Assembly (NCBI GenBank): GCA_964516705.1
Contig: CAZEYV010000077.1
Location: forward strand, 1-61,323
Source of the DNA: an uncultured Chthoniobacter sp.
Lineage (GTDB): Bacteria; Verrucomicrobiota; Verrucomicrobiia; Chthoniobacterales; JACTMZ01
Reading direction: 5' to 3'
Length of the DNA stretch: 61,323 bases
This document shows positions 44,722-57,138 of this stretch, piece by piece (positions within the stretch are counted from its first letter, which is position 1; every line of letters begins with the position of its first letter). The position numbers and the translations under genes were made by a program. The notes below the pieces were generated by a model, which saw only the letters and a program-made list of their open reading frames with translations, was not told where the DNA came from and did no database searches.

Positions 44722-47108
44722 GAAAATTCCTCCCGCTGCTCGTCGCGGCTTCCTCCATCATGGCGCAGGAGGAACCGGTCGAGGTGCGTCGCGCCGAGCC
44801 GGCCGCGCCCCGCGCGCAACCTGTCACGCCCGCTGCCCCCGCCACCGCCGATGCCGTGGCGCCGGGCGAAATCCGCGCCCTGCCCTCGGCCGCCATGGGC
44901 GACCCGGTGCTCGCCGCGCTCGAGCAGGCCAACGCATTCTACCAGCAGAAGATGTTCCAGCTGGCCGCGGACCAATACCGCGAATTCCTGCAATTGCGTC
45001 CGCGCGGCGCGGACCGCCAAGCCGCGCTTTTCCGCTTGGGCGAGAGTCTGCGCTCGCTCCAGCGCGAGCCCGAGGCCATGACGGCCTACGCGGAACTGGT
45101 CAAGGAATTCAACAGCGGCGATTTTGTCGGCCCGGCCGCCTACCGGCTCGGCGAAATGCAATTCGCCGCGCGGGACAACGAGGCGGCCGCCGCTTCCTTC
45201 CGGCTCGCCGCGCACCACGTGCGCGATCCGAAGCTGCGGCTGGCCGCGAAATTTTTCGAGGGCCGCGCGCTCGACGCCGCCAACCGGCGCGTCGAGGCAC
45301 TCGCGGCCTACCGCGACGTCGCCGCGCAGCAGGGTGACAACCCCTACCGCGAACGCGCCATGTTCGACCTGGCCGAAGCCGACGCGCGTTCCGGTCTGAG
45401 CGAGGGCGCCTTCCGGCAATACCGTCAGCTCGCGGCCTCGGCGACCAACGCGCCGGTGCGCGTGGCCTCGGCCGTCAAGGGCGGACTCCTGGCCATCGAC
45501 ATGCGCGATTACCCCGCGGCGCGGCCTTTGCTCGAACAGGCCGCGGCCGACCGCGCGGCGGGCGCCTGGCAAGTGCCGGCCGAGTCCGGCCTGTTGCGTC
45601 TCGACTACGAGGAGGGCAAATACCAGGCGGTGGCCGACCGCGCCGCCGCGTTGCTCCCCGGCCTGCCGGCCAGCGCGCAACCCGAGGTGCTGCTGCTCGC
45701 GGCCAATGCCCGGCGCCAACTCGGCGAGCAGGCCGGGGCCCTCGATCTTTACGACCGGCTGGTCACCGGGTTTCCGGCTTCGGCCGCGGCGCGGGAAGCC
45801 GGCTTCCACCGTCTGGTCAGCCTCGTCGCGCAGCGTGACGGACGCGCCGCCGAGCAGATCGACCGTTTTCTTTCGGCCGCCGCCGATCCCGACCAGCGGT
45901 CGCGGGCCAAACTGCTCAAGGCCGAGCTGCTCTTCGAACAACGCGACTACGCGGCCGCGGAACCGCTCTATGCCGAGGCCTCGACCGCGACCGGGGCCGC
46001 GAAATACCGCTCCGACGCCCTCTACAAGCTCGCGTGGTGCCGCCTGCAGCAGCAGAAATACGACCTCGCGGTGACCGCCCTGACCAGCTTCATCATGCAG
46101 TATCCGCGCCACCCGCAGATCGCCTCGGCCTACGCCCAGCGCGCGCTGGCCCAACTCGAGAACGGGCAACGCGAGGAAGCGCTGGCCGACTTCGGGGTGG
46201 TCATCGACAAATTCCCCGGCGCGCCCGAACGCGAGGATGCCATGATCCAATCCGCCTTGATCCTCGGCAGCCTCGGCCGCAGCGCCGAGATGACGGCCGC
46301 TTTCCAGCGGGTCCTCGTCGAATTTCCCGTGACCAAATCGGCGGCGCAGGCCCATTTCTGGACCGGCTACACGGCATTCGAAGACAAGAAGTATGCCGAC
46401 GCGGTGGCCGGACTGGAAAAAGCGCGCGAGCTGGACCCGGCCAAATACGGCGAGCGGGCCACGCTGCGCTTGCTGCTCTCGCACTATTATGCCGAGGACC
46501 GCGAAGCCGCGGCGCGCGAGGCCGCGGCACTCGGGGCGGACAAGGCCCCGGCCGAAGTCCGCACCTGGCTCGGGCTCACCGCCCTCGAGAACGGGCGGCA
46601 TGCCGAGGCGGTGGAGATGCTCGCCGCAGTGGCCGCCGCGGACGACGCGAACGACGACCTTCGCCTGGCCCTGGCGCAGGCCCAAATCGGCGCGGGCCAA
46701 AACGGCGGCGCGCGCACCACGCTGGAGAAACTCCTCGCGCAGGTGCACGAGCCGAAAACCAAGGCGCGGGCGCACCTCCTGCTGTCCGAGGCGCTCATCG
46801 GCCTCAAGGACCACGAGGGGGCCAAAGCGCAGGCCGAGGAGGCGCTCAAACTCCAGCCGGAGGGACGCCTCAATGCCGAGGCCCGCCTGGCCAACGGACG
46901 CGCCCTGCTTGCCCAGGACCGTTATGACGATGCGGCGCGCGCGTTCATGGCCGTAGCCTTGCTCTATGACGAAAAAGATCTCACCCCCGAGGCGCTCGTG
47001 CTGGCCGAGCAGGCTTACCGTCAGGCCGACAACATGGCCGATGCCGACCGGGCGCGGGAGGAACTGCAGCGCCGTTACCCCGATTTCAAAACGCCCGCCT
47101 CGTCCTGA
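44718..47108 (+). CDS. Large secreted TPR-repeat protein
   Basis: ATGA overlap with the exbD stop. Signal peptide MRKFLPLLVAASSIMAQ. Many TPR-like repeats (YKLAWC, AHFWTGY...). Confidence 0.7.
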   Translation: MRKFLPLLVAASSIMAQEEPVEVRRAEPAAPRAQPVTPAAPATADAVAPGEIRALPSAAMGDPVLAALEQANAFYQQKMFQLAADQYREFLQLRPRGADRQAALFRLGESLRSLQREPEAMTAYAELVKEFNSGDFVGPAAYRLGEMQFAARDNEAAAASFRLAAHHVRDPKLRLAAKFFEGRALDAANRRVEALAAYRDVAAQQGDNPYRERAMFDLAEADARSGLSEGAFRQYRQLAASATNAPVRVASAVKGGLLAIDMRDYPAARPLLEQAAADRAAGAWQVPAESGLLRLDYEEGKYQAVADRAAALLPGLPASAQPEVLLLAANARRQLGEQAGALDLYDRLVTGFPASAAAREAGFHRLVSLVAQRDGRAAEQIDRFLSAAADPDQRSRAKLLKAELLFEQRDYAAAEPLYAEASTATGAAKYRSDALYKLAWCRLQQQKYDLAVTALTSFIMQYPRHPQIASAYAQRALAQLENGQREEALADFGVVIDKFPGAPEREDAMIQSALILGSLGRSAEMTAAFQRVLVEFPVTKSAAQAHFWTGYTAFEDKKYADAVAGLEKARELDPAKYGERATLRLLLSHYYAEDREAAAREAAALGADKAPAEVRTWLGLTALENGRHAEAVEMLAAVAAADDANDDLRLALAQAQIGAGQNGGARTTLEKLLAQVHEPKTKARAHLLLSEALIGLKDHEGAKAQAEEALKLQPEGRLNAEARLANGRALLAQDRYDDAARAFMAVALLYDEKDLTPEALVLAEQAYRQADNMADADRAREELQRRYPDFKTPASS

Positions 47109-47110
47109 CC

Positions 47111-47683
47111 ATGGCGCTGCCGCTCCCGGCCGGGGATTTCCGCGCCTTCATCTTCGATTGCGACGGCACGCTGGCGGACAACATGCCCCTGCATTACGAG
47201 GCTTGGAGCCGGTCGATGGCGGATTGCGGGGGCGTTTATCCGGAGGAACTTTTCTACGAGTGGGGCGGGGTGCCGACGGCGGAAATCGTGCGCCGGTTGA
47301 ACACGAGGTTCGGGCTCGCGCTGGACATCGATGAAGTGGTGCGGCGCAAGGAGGATTACTACCGGCAGTCCATCCCGCGGGTGGAAGCCAAGCACGATGT
47401 GGTGGCGCTGGCCCGCGAGTTTCACGGGAAGGTTCCTTTGGCCGTGGCCTCCGGGGGACACCGCGATCTGGTCGAGCGGACGTTGTCCGCGCTGGACATC
47501 CGCGGCTTGTTCCGCGAGGTCATCGCCGCCGAGGACTACGACCGCGGCAAGCCGCACCCGGATCCTTTCCTCACCGCCGCGGCGCGCCTGCAAGTTGCGC
47601 CCGCGCACTGCCTGGTTTTCGAGGACACCGCCACCGGCGCCGAAGCCGCGCGCGCGGCCGGGATGGCTTGGGTGCTGGTCTGA
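47111..47683 (+). CDS. HAD-superfamily hydrolase (beta-phosphoglucomutase-like subfamily IA)
   Basis: FIFDCDGTLADN (DxDxT), VASGG, KPHPDPF, VFEDTATGAEAA. Confidence 0.8.
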   Translation: MALPLPAGDFRAFIFDCDGTLADNMPLHYEAWSRSMADCGGVYPEELFYEWGGVPTAEIVRRLNTRFGLALDIDEVVRRKEDYYRQSIPRVEAKHDVVALAREFHGKVPLAVASGGHRDLVERTLSALDIRGLFREVIAAEDYDRGKPHPDPFLTAAARLQVAPAHCLVFEDTATGAEAARAAGMAWVLV

Positions 47684-47689
47684 CCGCTG

Positions 47690-48586
<897 letters not shown>

Positions 48587-48639
48587 CGCAGGGCAAGTTT
48601 ACCCGCAATCGCGCATCGCGGTAAACAAAGGAGAAGCGG

Positions 48640-49887
48640 TCAAGCGGCGGGGGTGACCCTTCTGCTTTTCGCCTGCGCCAGGACGTTGCCCAGGATCCCG
48701 ACCGCCTCGTCGCACTCCTCCGCGGTGACATTGAGGGGCGGCAGCAGGCGGATGGTTTGCTCGCCGGCGGGAACGACGAGCAGGCCCGCGGACGTCAACC
48801 GGTTGGTCAGGCGCAGGGCCGGCGTGCCTTCCTCGCCTTTCCCCGGTGCGAAATCTTCCACTTCGACGCCGAGGAGCAATCCGGCCCCGCGCACTTCGCG
48901 CACGAGGGGTAATCCGGCCACGGCTTCGCGCAACTGCGTGCCGCGCGCGCGGGCCTTGGCCAGCAGGTCCTCCTTTTCGATCGTGTCGAAGACCGCGTTG
49001 GCCGCGGCGCAGGCGAGGGGGGATCCGCCGTAGGTCGTGCCGTGCGTGCCGGGCCCGAGCAAATCGGCGAAAGGTTCCCGGGCCCAGAAAGCCCCGAGCG
49101 GGAAGCCGCCGCCGATGCCTTTGGCCCAGCTGACCGCATCCGGCACCGCCTCGGCCGCTCCCGTGGCCTGCCACCCGCACCAGTGACCGGTGCGGCCGAG
49201 TCCGCACTGGACTTCGTCATAGAACAACATCAGCCCGTGCACGTCGCACAACGCGCGCAGGGCGCGGAGAAATTCCGCGGCAAGGGGACGCACACCGCCT
49301 TCGCCCTGGATCGGCTCCACCATGATGGCGGCGGTTTCGGCCCCGACCGCGTTTTCCACGCAATCGAGCCGCGCGGGGACGTTGATGAATCCTTCGACGG
49401 GCGGACCGAATCCCAGCTTCACTTTGAGTTGTCCGGTCGCCGCGATCCCGCCGAGGGTGCGTCCGTGGAAGGAACCGTCGAGCGTGACGATCTCATGGCG
49501 TCCGCGCGGTGCACCGTGTTTGCGGGCAAGTTTGTAGAGTCCTTCGTTCGCTTCGGCCCCGCTGTTGCAGAAAAAGACTTTGCCCGGCGTGCCGACGAAG
49601 CCGGTGAGACGGCGGGCCAGTTCGGCCTGCGGACGGGTCAGATAGAGATTCGAGGTGTGGACCAGCGTGGCGGCTTGCGCGGCGAGGGCTTCGCGGAGGG
49701 CCGGATGCGCGTGACCGAGGGAATTGACCGCGATGCCCGAGGTGAAATCGAGATAGACGCGGTCGTCCTCATCCCAGACGCGGACACCCTGCCCGCGGGC
49801 CAGCGCCAGCGGGAAACGGGCGTAGGTCGGAATGACATAGCGCGCGTAGAGGTCGATGGTGGTGGGCGTTTCCTTGCGTGAGGACAT
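48640..49887 (-). CDS. argD: Acetylornithine aminotransferase (class III PLP aminotransferase)
   Basis: I chose the ATG at 49887 (MSSRKETPTTIDLYARYVIPTYARFP). The track's 50145 start runs through a REP cluster. Motifs: SGIAVNSLGH, FFCNSGAEANE, DEVQCGLGRTG. Confidence 0.88.
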   Translation of the reverse strand: MSSRKETPTTIDLYARYVIPTYARFPLALARGQGVRVWDEDDRVYLDFTSGIAVNSLGHAHPALREALAAQAATLVHTSNLYLTRPQAELARRLTGFVGTPGKVFFCNSGAEANEGLYKLARKHGAPRGRHEIVTLDGSFHGRTLGGIAATGQLKVKLGFGPPVEGFINVPARLDCVENAVGAETAAIMVEPIQGEGGVRPLAAEFLRALRALCDVHGLMLFYDEVQCGLGRTGHWCGWQATGAAEAVPDAVSWAKGIGGGFPLGAFWAREPFADLLGPGTHGTTYGGSPLACAAANAVFDTIEKEDLLAKARARGTQLREAVAGLPLVREVRGAGLLLGVEVEDFAPGKGEEGTPALRLTNRLTSAGLLVVPAGEQTIRLLPPLNVTAEECDEAVGILGNVLAQAKSRRVTPAA

Positions 49888-49926
49888 GTCTCGGGTGCGG
49901 CACTTCGTGCCGCTGGGATGTCGCTC

Positions 49927-50028
49927 CGTCGGCGGGGACGCCGACGCTACAGGATGTAGCGGCGCCGTCCCCGGCGCCGGAACGGATGGAATTTCCGCCC
50001 ACGCTACAAGTAGCGCCACGCGCGTGGC
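49927..50028. repeat. REP cluster: an A/B head-to-head doublet plus a further GTAGCGCCACG unit
   Basis: cgtcggcggggacgccgacgCTACA-gga-TGTAGcggcgccgtccccggcgccgg (49927-49980). cgCTACAaGTAGCGCCACGCGCGTGGC is at 50003-50028. Confidence 0.75.
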
Positions 50029-50044
50029 AAGGAGTCGCCCGTGC

Positions 50045-50587
50045 TCAATCCGGCTGCGCGGTTTCGGGCGAGGGCAGCCCGGTGATGCGGTCGCCGGGGA
50101 GGATTTTGTTTTTGTGGAACCAGCCCTGCGGGACTTCCAGGGCATAAAGCAGATCGCGGAAGGCGCTGCGGGCCGGGGTTTCGTCGAGCGGTTGCAGGTC
50201 GTGGATCTCGCGGATGACGCCGGCGGCGTTGATGTAGGCGATGGACAGCGGGACGAGGGTGTCGCGCATCCAGAAGCTCATGGCCTGAGGCTCGCGAAAG
50301 ACAAAAAGCATGCCTTGACCGTCCCCCAAGGCCTCCCGGCCCATCAAGCCGGCGGTCCGCTCGTCCGACTCGTCGGCCACCTCGGCTTGGACCGTCACCG
50401 AACCGATGCGCAAGGTCACGGTGGGGAGAATTTCCTGCGGCGGCGTGCGGGCTTCGACCGGAAAGGATAGAAAATGACAAATCGAAATTATAATGACCGC
50501 GAGGGCGCGTCTGGGTGAGTTGGTCAGGTGCATGGGGAAAATTTCAGGCAATGAGGGCGAGGGGATCACATTTTTTGTCAGAGTCAA
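50045..50587 (-). CDS. DUF192 domain protein
   Basis: AEVADESDERTAGLMGR...GMLFVF, FWMRDTLVPLSIAYI, ALEVPQGWF. The start is probably the ATG at 50533. Confidence 0.7.
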   Translation of the reverse strand: MTLTKNVIPSPSLPEIFPMHLTNSPRRALAVIIISICHFLSFPVEARTPPQEILPTVTLRIGSVTVQAEVADESDERTAGLMGREALGDGQGMLFVFREPQAMSFWMRDTLVPLSIAYINAAGVIREIHDLQPLDETPARSAFRDLLYALEVPQGWFHKNKILPGDRITGLPSPETAQPD

Positions 50588-50626
50588 ATCTATGTTGCTA
50601 TTAGCTGCGTTAATAATACGCTCATT

Positions 50627-51313
50627 TTGTTCGCGCCTGAGGCGCCTCGCGTTAATTGGATGGCAAACTTTTTCCCAAGCTGGACGAACTGGCTCCCACT
50701 GAAGTTACTGGTCATAGTGCTGGTTCTCGGTGCGGTGGTCACGGGCGGCATTTGGTATTATTTCACCCCGAAATACACCAATGTGGGCTACATGCCGGAG
50801 CAGCCGGCCCCGTTTTCCCACGCCATTCACGTGGAGCAACTTGGGATGGATTGCCGCTATTGTCATACCCATGTCGAGGTGGCCGCCCACTCGAACGTCC
50901 CGGACACCCAGACCTGCATGGCCTGTCACTCGCAGATCAAGGCGCAGAGCCCGAAACTGGCCGCGGTCCGCGCCAGCTGGGAAACCGGCACCCCGGTCGA
51001 ATGGATCCGCATCCACAAGGCGCCCGACTACGTCTACTTCAACCACGCCGTGCACGTGAACCGCGGCATCAGTTGTTACAGCTGCCACGGCCAGATCAAC
51101 GAAATGCCCGTCGTTTACCAGGCCGAGCCGCTGAGCATGGCCTGGTGTCTCGAGTGTCACCGCGCGCCGGAGTTGCACCTGCGTCCGCCCTCGGAAATCT
51201 ACAACCTGAACTGGCGCCCGGCCTCCGCGCAGGAACAACTCGCCATGGGCGCGCAATACAAGAAGGAATGGAACGTCAACCCGCCGGTCGGTTGCGGGGC
51301 CTGCCATCGCTGA
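50627..51313 (+). CDS. actA: Alternative Complex III pentahaem cytochrome c subunit ActA
   Basis: TM anchor plus five CxxCH motifs (CRYCH, CMACH, CYSCH, CLECH, CGACH). The track start is a TTG at 50627. The ATG at 50660 is an alternative. Confidence 0.8.
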   Translation: MFAPEAPRVNWMANFFPSWTNWLPLKLLVIVLVLGAVVTGGIWYYFTPKYTNVGYMPEQPAPFSHAIHVEQLGMDCRYCHTHVEVAAHSNVPDTQTCMACHSQIKAQSPKLAAVRASWETGTPVEWIRIHKAPDYVYFNHAVHVNRGISCYSCHGQINEMPVVYQAEPLSMAWCLECHRAPELHLRPPSEIYNLNWRPASAQEQLAMGAQYKKEWNVNPPVGCGACHR

Positions 51314-51314
51314 C

Positions 51315-54300
51315 ATGAAACGCGTCCTTTCCCATCCCCTCCGCGAAGAGCGTCCGGCGCTTTGGCGCAGTCTCGACGAACTGGCGTCCTCGCCCGACTT
51401 CACGGAAAAACTCGAACGCGAATTCCCGCAGGGCGCGTCCGAGTGGCACGGCGGCGAACTGTCGCGCCGCAATTTCCTCCAACTCATGGGCGGCTCGATG
51501 GCCCTGGCCGGCATCGGCCTGACCGGTTGCCGCCGCCCCGAGGCGTATCTCGTGCCTTTCACCAAGAGCGCCGAGTGGACCATTCCGGGCAAATTTCTCT
51601 ACTACGCGACGTCCATGCCGCGCCGCAACGGCGCCATGCCGCTCATCGCCACGACGAGCGACGGACGTCCGACCAAATTGGAGGGCAACCCGTTGCATCC
51701 GATCAGCAATGGCGCGACGGACACCTTCGCGCAGGCTTCGGTCCTCGACCTTTACGATCCGAACCGTTCGAAAGCGATCAAGTCGGCCGGGGCCAAGAGC
51801 GACGCTGCCGCGTTGGGCGCCAAGCTCGATGAAATCGCCGCCGCGGCCGCAGCCAACGGAGGTGCCGGGCTCGCCCTCCTTGCCGAACAAAATAGCTCGC
51901 CCACCCGCGACCGGCTCCTCGCCCAGCTGCGGCAGAAATACCCGAATCTTCTCTGGGCCGAATACGAGCCGCTTGGCGCGAATGAAACCGATGCGGCGGT
52001 GGCCGCGAGCTTTGGCGCGAACACTGTCATAACCCCGGATTTCAGCCGCGCGGACAAGGTTCTCGCCGTCGACAGCGATTTTCTCAATGCGTCCTTCAGC
52101 GGGCTCGACCAAGTGCGCGGCTTCATGGCGCGCCGCCGCATCAGCGAGCCGGGTCAGCCGATGAACCGTCTTTACGTCGCCGAGACGCACTATTCGTCGA
52201 CCGGCGGCATAGCCGACCATCGGGTGCGGGTGAAGCCGTCGGAAGTCGGCGCCTTCCTGCGCGCGCTTGGTCAGCAAGTCGCCACACTGACCGGTGATGC
52301 CGACTTGTCGTCCGTGGTCGCCGCATTTCCCGAAGGTCCGCTTGCCGCCGATCCCCAATGGATCACCGAGTGCGCCAAAGACCTCGCCGCCTCGCGCGGA
52401 AAGAGTGTCATTGTGGTCGGCGACCAGCAACCCGCTGCCCTGCAAGCTCTCGGTCTGGCCATCAACAATGCGCTCGGCGCTCCGGGTCAGACCTTGCGCG
52501 GCATGCGCACCGAAGCCGCGCCGTCCGCGACCATCGCGGAACTGGCCGCCGCCATGCAGGCCGGACGCGTGCAAAATCTTTTCATTCTTGGCGGCAATCC
52601 GGTTTACAACGCGCCGGCCGATCTGCGCTTCGGCGAACTCCTCTCCGGCGTGCCGGTCAGCGTGCGTCTCGGACTTTACGAGGACGAGACCTCCGCCGCC
52701 TGCACCTGGCATGTGCCGCAGGCCCATTACCTCGAAAGCTGGGGCGACACGCGCAGCGCGGACGGCACGATCTGCGCCGTGCAACCCATGATCCTCCCGC
52801 TGTGGGACGGTGTGAACGAGTTGGAGATTCTCAACCGCTTAGCCGGCAACGAGCAACCGATCGGTCCGCAGCTCGTGCGCGAAACCTTCGCGCAGATGGC
52901 GGGTGGCGGTGATCTCGAGGCCAAGTGGACCGAATTTCTGCGCAATGGATTTCTGCCCGACACCGCGTGGCCCGACGCCCCGCTGACCTTCAATGCGGGT
53001 GCGGCCGCCGCTCTGGTGTCGCAATACCAACCCGCCGCGGAGGGCGGACTGGATGTTGCTTTCATGCCGAGCACCACGCTCGACGACGGACGCTATGCCA
53101 ACAACGGCTGGCTGCAGGAGACGCCGGACTTCGCGACCAAGATCACGTGGGACAACGCCGCGTTGGTCAGTCCGGCCACGGCGAAAGAACTCGGCGTCGC
53201 CACCGGAGACGTGGTGCAGCTTTCCGCCGGCGACCGCGCGATCGAGGCGCCCGCGCTCATCGCCCCCGGCCATGCCGAAGGCGCGGTCAGCATCGCGCTT
53301 GGTTACGGCCGTGTGAACGTCACCGCGGTTTCCGACAAAGTCGGCTGCAATGCCTATCCGTTGCGCACCACGCGCGGCAGGTCGCATGTCTCGAACGCCT
53401 CGCTCAAACGCACCGGGGCGAAGCACAAATTCGCCGAGACGCAGACCCACCAGAGCATGGAAGGCCGCGATCTGGTGCGCGAAGGCACGGCCGAGCGCTA
53501 CGCCAAGGATCCGACGTTTGCCCAGACCATGGGGATGGACGGACACATCCCGCCGAACATTTCCCTCTTCACCCATCCGCCGCTCACGTCACCGGAGCAG
53601 TGGGGTATGACCGTCGATCTCAGCACGTGCACCGGATGCAATGCGTGCGTCGTGGCCTGTCAGGCGGAAAACAACGTGCCCATCGTCGGCAAAGACCAGG
53701 TTTCACGCGGACGCAACATGGCATGGCTGCGCATGGACCGCTATTTCGCCGGCGACGAGAACGACCCGGAAATGCTCACGCAGGCCATCATGTGCCAGCA
53801 CTGCGAGAACGCGCCCTGCGAAACCGTCTGCCCGGTCAACGCCACGGTGCACAGCGAGGACGGCCTCAATCTCATGGCCTACAACCGCTGCATCGGCACG
53901 CGCTATTGCGCGAACAACTGCCCGTGGAAAGTTCGCCGCTTCAATTTCTTCGACTACAACCAGCGCCCGCTCGACCAACTTTACCTCGGACCTTTCGCCA
54001 AAAAGGGCATGGCCGACAGCCTGCAGATGTCGAAAAACCCGAACGTCACCGTGCGCATGCGCGGCGTCATGGAGAAATGCACCTATTGCATCCAGCGCAT
54101 CGAGGAGGCGCGCATCACGCAGACCGTGCGGGCCGGCGCGTCGGACAAATCGCTCGTGCCTTTCCCCGAAGTGAAAAGCGCCTGCCAGCAGGCCTGCCCG
54201 TCCGAATCGATTGTTTTCGGCAACATCAAGGACCCGAACAGCCGCGTGGCGAAGTTGAAGACCGAGCCGCGCAATTACGAAATGCTGAAATATTTGAACG

Positions 54301-54443
54301 TCACCCCGCGCACGACCTACCTCGCGCGGATCAAAAACCCGAATATGGCCATGCCCGGCGCGGACAAAGTCGGCTGGGCCAATGGTCAACCGCACCACAA
54401 CGGCCACGGGGCCGGCCACGCGACGGAGGCGCAGAGCAACTGA
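51315..54443 (+). CDS. actB: Alternative Complex III subunit ActB (molybdopterin-like domain fused to a 4Fe-4S ferredoxin-like domain)
   Basis: Tat signal [23 protein letters not shown]. Cys clusters [41 protein letters not shown]. 1042 aa. Confidence 0.88.
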   Translation: MKRVLSHPLREERPALWRSLDELASSPDFTEKLEREFPQGASEWHGGELSRRNFLQLMGGSMALAGIGLTGCRRPEAYLVPFTKSAEWTIPGKFLYYATSMPRRNGAMPLIATTSDGRPTKLEGNPLHPISNGATDTFAQASVLDLYDPNRSKAIKSAGAKSDAAALGAKLDEIAAAAAANGGAGLALLAEQNSSPTRDRLLAQLRQKYPNLLWAEYEPLGANETDAAVAASFGANTVITPDFSRADKVLAVDSDFLNASFSGLDQVRGFMARRRISEPGQPMNRLYVAETHYSSTGGIADHRVRVKPSEVGAFLRALGQQVATLTGDADLSSVVAAFPEGPLAADPQWITECAKDLAASRGKSVIVVGDQQPAALQALGLAINNALGAPGQTLRGMRTEAAPSATIAELAAAMQAGRVQNLFILGGNPVYNAPADLRFGELLSGVPVSVRLGLYEDETSAACTWHVPQAHYLESWGDTRSADGTICAVQPMILPLWDGVNELEILNRLAGNEQPIGPQLVRETFAQMAGGGDLEAKWTEFLRNGFLPDTAWPDAPLTFNAGAAAALVSQYQPAAEGGLDVAFMPSTTLDDGRYANNGWLQETPDFATKITWDNAALVSPATAKELGVATGDVVQLSAGDRAIEAPALIAPGHAEGAVSIALGYGRVNVTAVSDKVGCNAYPLRTTRGRSHVSNASLKRTGAKHKFAETQTHQSMEGRDLVREGTAERYAKDPTFAQTMGMDGHIPPNISLFTHPPLTSPEQWGMTVDLSTCTGCNACVVACQAENNVPIVGKDQVSRGRNMAWLRMDRYFAGDENDPEMLTQAIMCQHCENAPCETVCPVNATVHSEDGLNLMAYNRCIGTRYCANNCPWKVRRFNFFDYNQRPLDQLYLGPFAKKGMADSLQMSKNPNVTVRMRGVMEKCTYCIQRIEEARITQTVRAGASDKSLVPFPEVKSACQQACPSESIVFGNIKDPNSRVAKLKTEPRNYEMLKYLNVTPRTTYLARIKNPNMAMPGADKVGWANGQPHHNGHGAGHATEAQSN

Positions 54444-54445
54444 TT

Positions 54446-55885
<1,440 letters not shown>

Positions 55886-55886
55886 C

Positions 55887-56447
55887 ATGCAAATCGCCGG
55901 CAATCCCGAATCGCAACTTTTCGCCATGGGCGCCGAGGTGCCGAACGCGTCCGCGCTTTACCACGCCGCGGAAAAAGTGCGCGATGCCGGTTATTCCCGC
56001 TGGGATGTTTATTCGCCGTTCCCGATCCACGGCATGGACCACGCCATGGGACTCAAAAAATCCTGGCTCAGCGCGCTCGTCTTCATCGGCGGCATCTCGG
56101 GTCTGACCATCGCGGCGCTGCTGCAATTTTATCCATCTTCAATCGAATACCCGCTCGTGGTGGCCGGCAAGCCGACCGATTTTTTCACCGTGCCGGCTTT
56201 TTTCCCGATCATGTTCGAACTGACCGTGCTGCTCTCCGCTTTCACCGCCACGTTCGGCATGCTGGCCTTGAATGGTCTGCCGCGCTGGAACCATCCGATC
56301 TTCAACTGGGACCTTTTCAAAAAGGTGAGCAACGACGGATTCTTCCTCGCCATCGAGGCGACCGATCCGAAGTTCGACGAGGAATCGACGCGCGCCATGC
56401 TCGAGAGCGTGGGGGCCAAACACGTCACGCTGATTTACGGGGACTGA
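55887..56447 (+). CDS. actD: Alternative Complex III subunit ActD (DUF3341-like)
   Basis: The ATG is 1 nt after the actC stop. AEKVRDAGYSRWDVYSPFPIHGMDHAMG followed by two TM helices. Confidence 0.75.
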   Translation: MQIAGNPESQLFAMGAEVPNASALYHAAEKVRDAGYSRWDVYSPFPIHGMDHAMGLKKSWLSALVFIGGISGLTIAALLQFYPSSIEYPLVVAGKPTDFFTVPAFFPIMFELTVLLSAFTATFGMLALNGLPRWNHPIFNWDLFKKVSNDGFFLAIEATDPKFDEESTRAMLESVGAKHVTLIYGD

Positions 56448-56448
56448 T

Positions 56449-57138
56449 ATGCTGCGCTACTTTTTCATCGGTCTCGGACTTTTCCTTGTCGGCCTTTTCG
56501 CCGTGGCGGGCTTCCGCGGGCAAAAAAGCGGCAAGACGCCGATCGAGATTTTTCCCGACATGGACCACCAACCGAAGGTGAAGGCGCAGGTGCCGAGCGA
56601 ATTTTTCGCCGACGAACGCGGCAACCGTCAGCCGGTCGCCGGCACTGTCCCGCTCGGTTACGAGGCGCCGGTGTCGAAGGAAAATCCATTCCCGGACGAA
56701 GGCAAATACCGCACGGTCCGCTATTCGTCGGGCACGGACTACATGAACACCGGCCGCTTCGGCGACCAGTGGGGCACGGGGATCCCCCTGCCGGTCACGG
56801 CCGAGCTGATGCAGCGCGGCCAGGAACGCTACACCATTTTCTGCGGCGTGTGCCACGGCGCGAGCGGCGGTGGCAATGGCGTGGCCGGACAATACGGGCT
56901 GGTGGCCATCGCCAGCCTGCATCAGGACCGTCTGCGCGAGATGGCCGACGGCGAGATCTACAACACCATCGTGATGGGCAAGAACACCATGCTCGGCTAC
57001 GGATCGAAAATTCCCCTCGATGACCGCTGGGCCATCGTGGCCTATGTGCGCGCGCTGCAGGCGGCGCAGACCGCGACGATCAACGACGTGCCCCCGGCCG
57101 AGCGCACCGCCCTCGAAACTCCGCCGACCCAACCATGA
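56449..57138 (+). CDS. actE: Alternative Complex III monohaem cytochrome c subunit ActE
   Basis: N-terminal TM anchor. Single CGVCH haem motif. A distal Met is likely in MGKNTMLGY. Confidence 0.75.
   Translation: MLRYFFIGLGLFLVGLFAVAGFRGQKSGKTPIEIFPDMDHQPKVKAQVPSEFFADERGNRQPVAGTVPLGYEAPVSKENPFPDEGKYRTVRYSSGTDYMNTGRFGDQWGTGIPLPVTAELMQRGQERYTIFCGVCHGASGGGNGVAGQYGLVAIASLHQDRLREMADGEIYNTIVMGKNTMLGYGSKIPLDDRWAIVAYVRALQAAQTATINDVPPAERTALETPPTQP

Noticed and set aside
44634-46814. 726-aa minus-strand ORF. The same judgement applies to 54386..55927, 58869..60476, 22111..23880, 51276..52784 and 10574..11563.
   Set aside because: Each is antisense to a gene with strong family signatures (TPR protein, actC, ccoN, M24 peptidase, actB, membrane-thioesterase fusion). 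All show the same G/R/D/E/H-rich shadow composition.
48587-48639. Imperfect hairpin gtttacccgc...gcggtaaac between argD and argF as an ARG box or attenuator
   Set aside because: It does not resemble the AT-rich ARG box consensus. The stem is imperfect and there is no T-run, so the evidence is insufficient.
48640-50145. Long version of argD (501 aa)
   Set aside because: The extra 86 N-terminal residues are encoded by the REP cluster at 49927-50028 and by DUF192-proximal DNA. Class III aminotransferase similarity starts right after the ATG at 49887.
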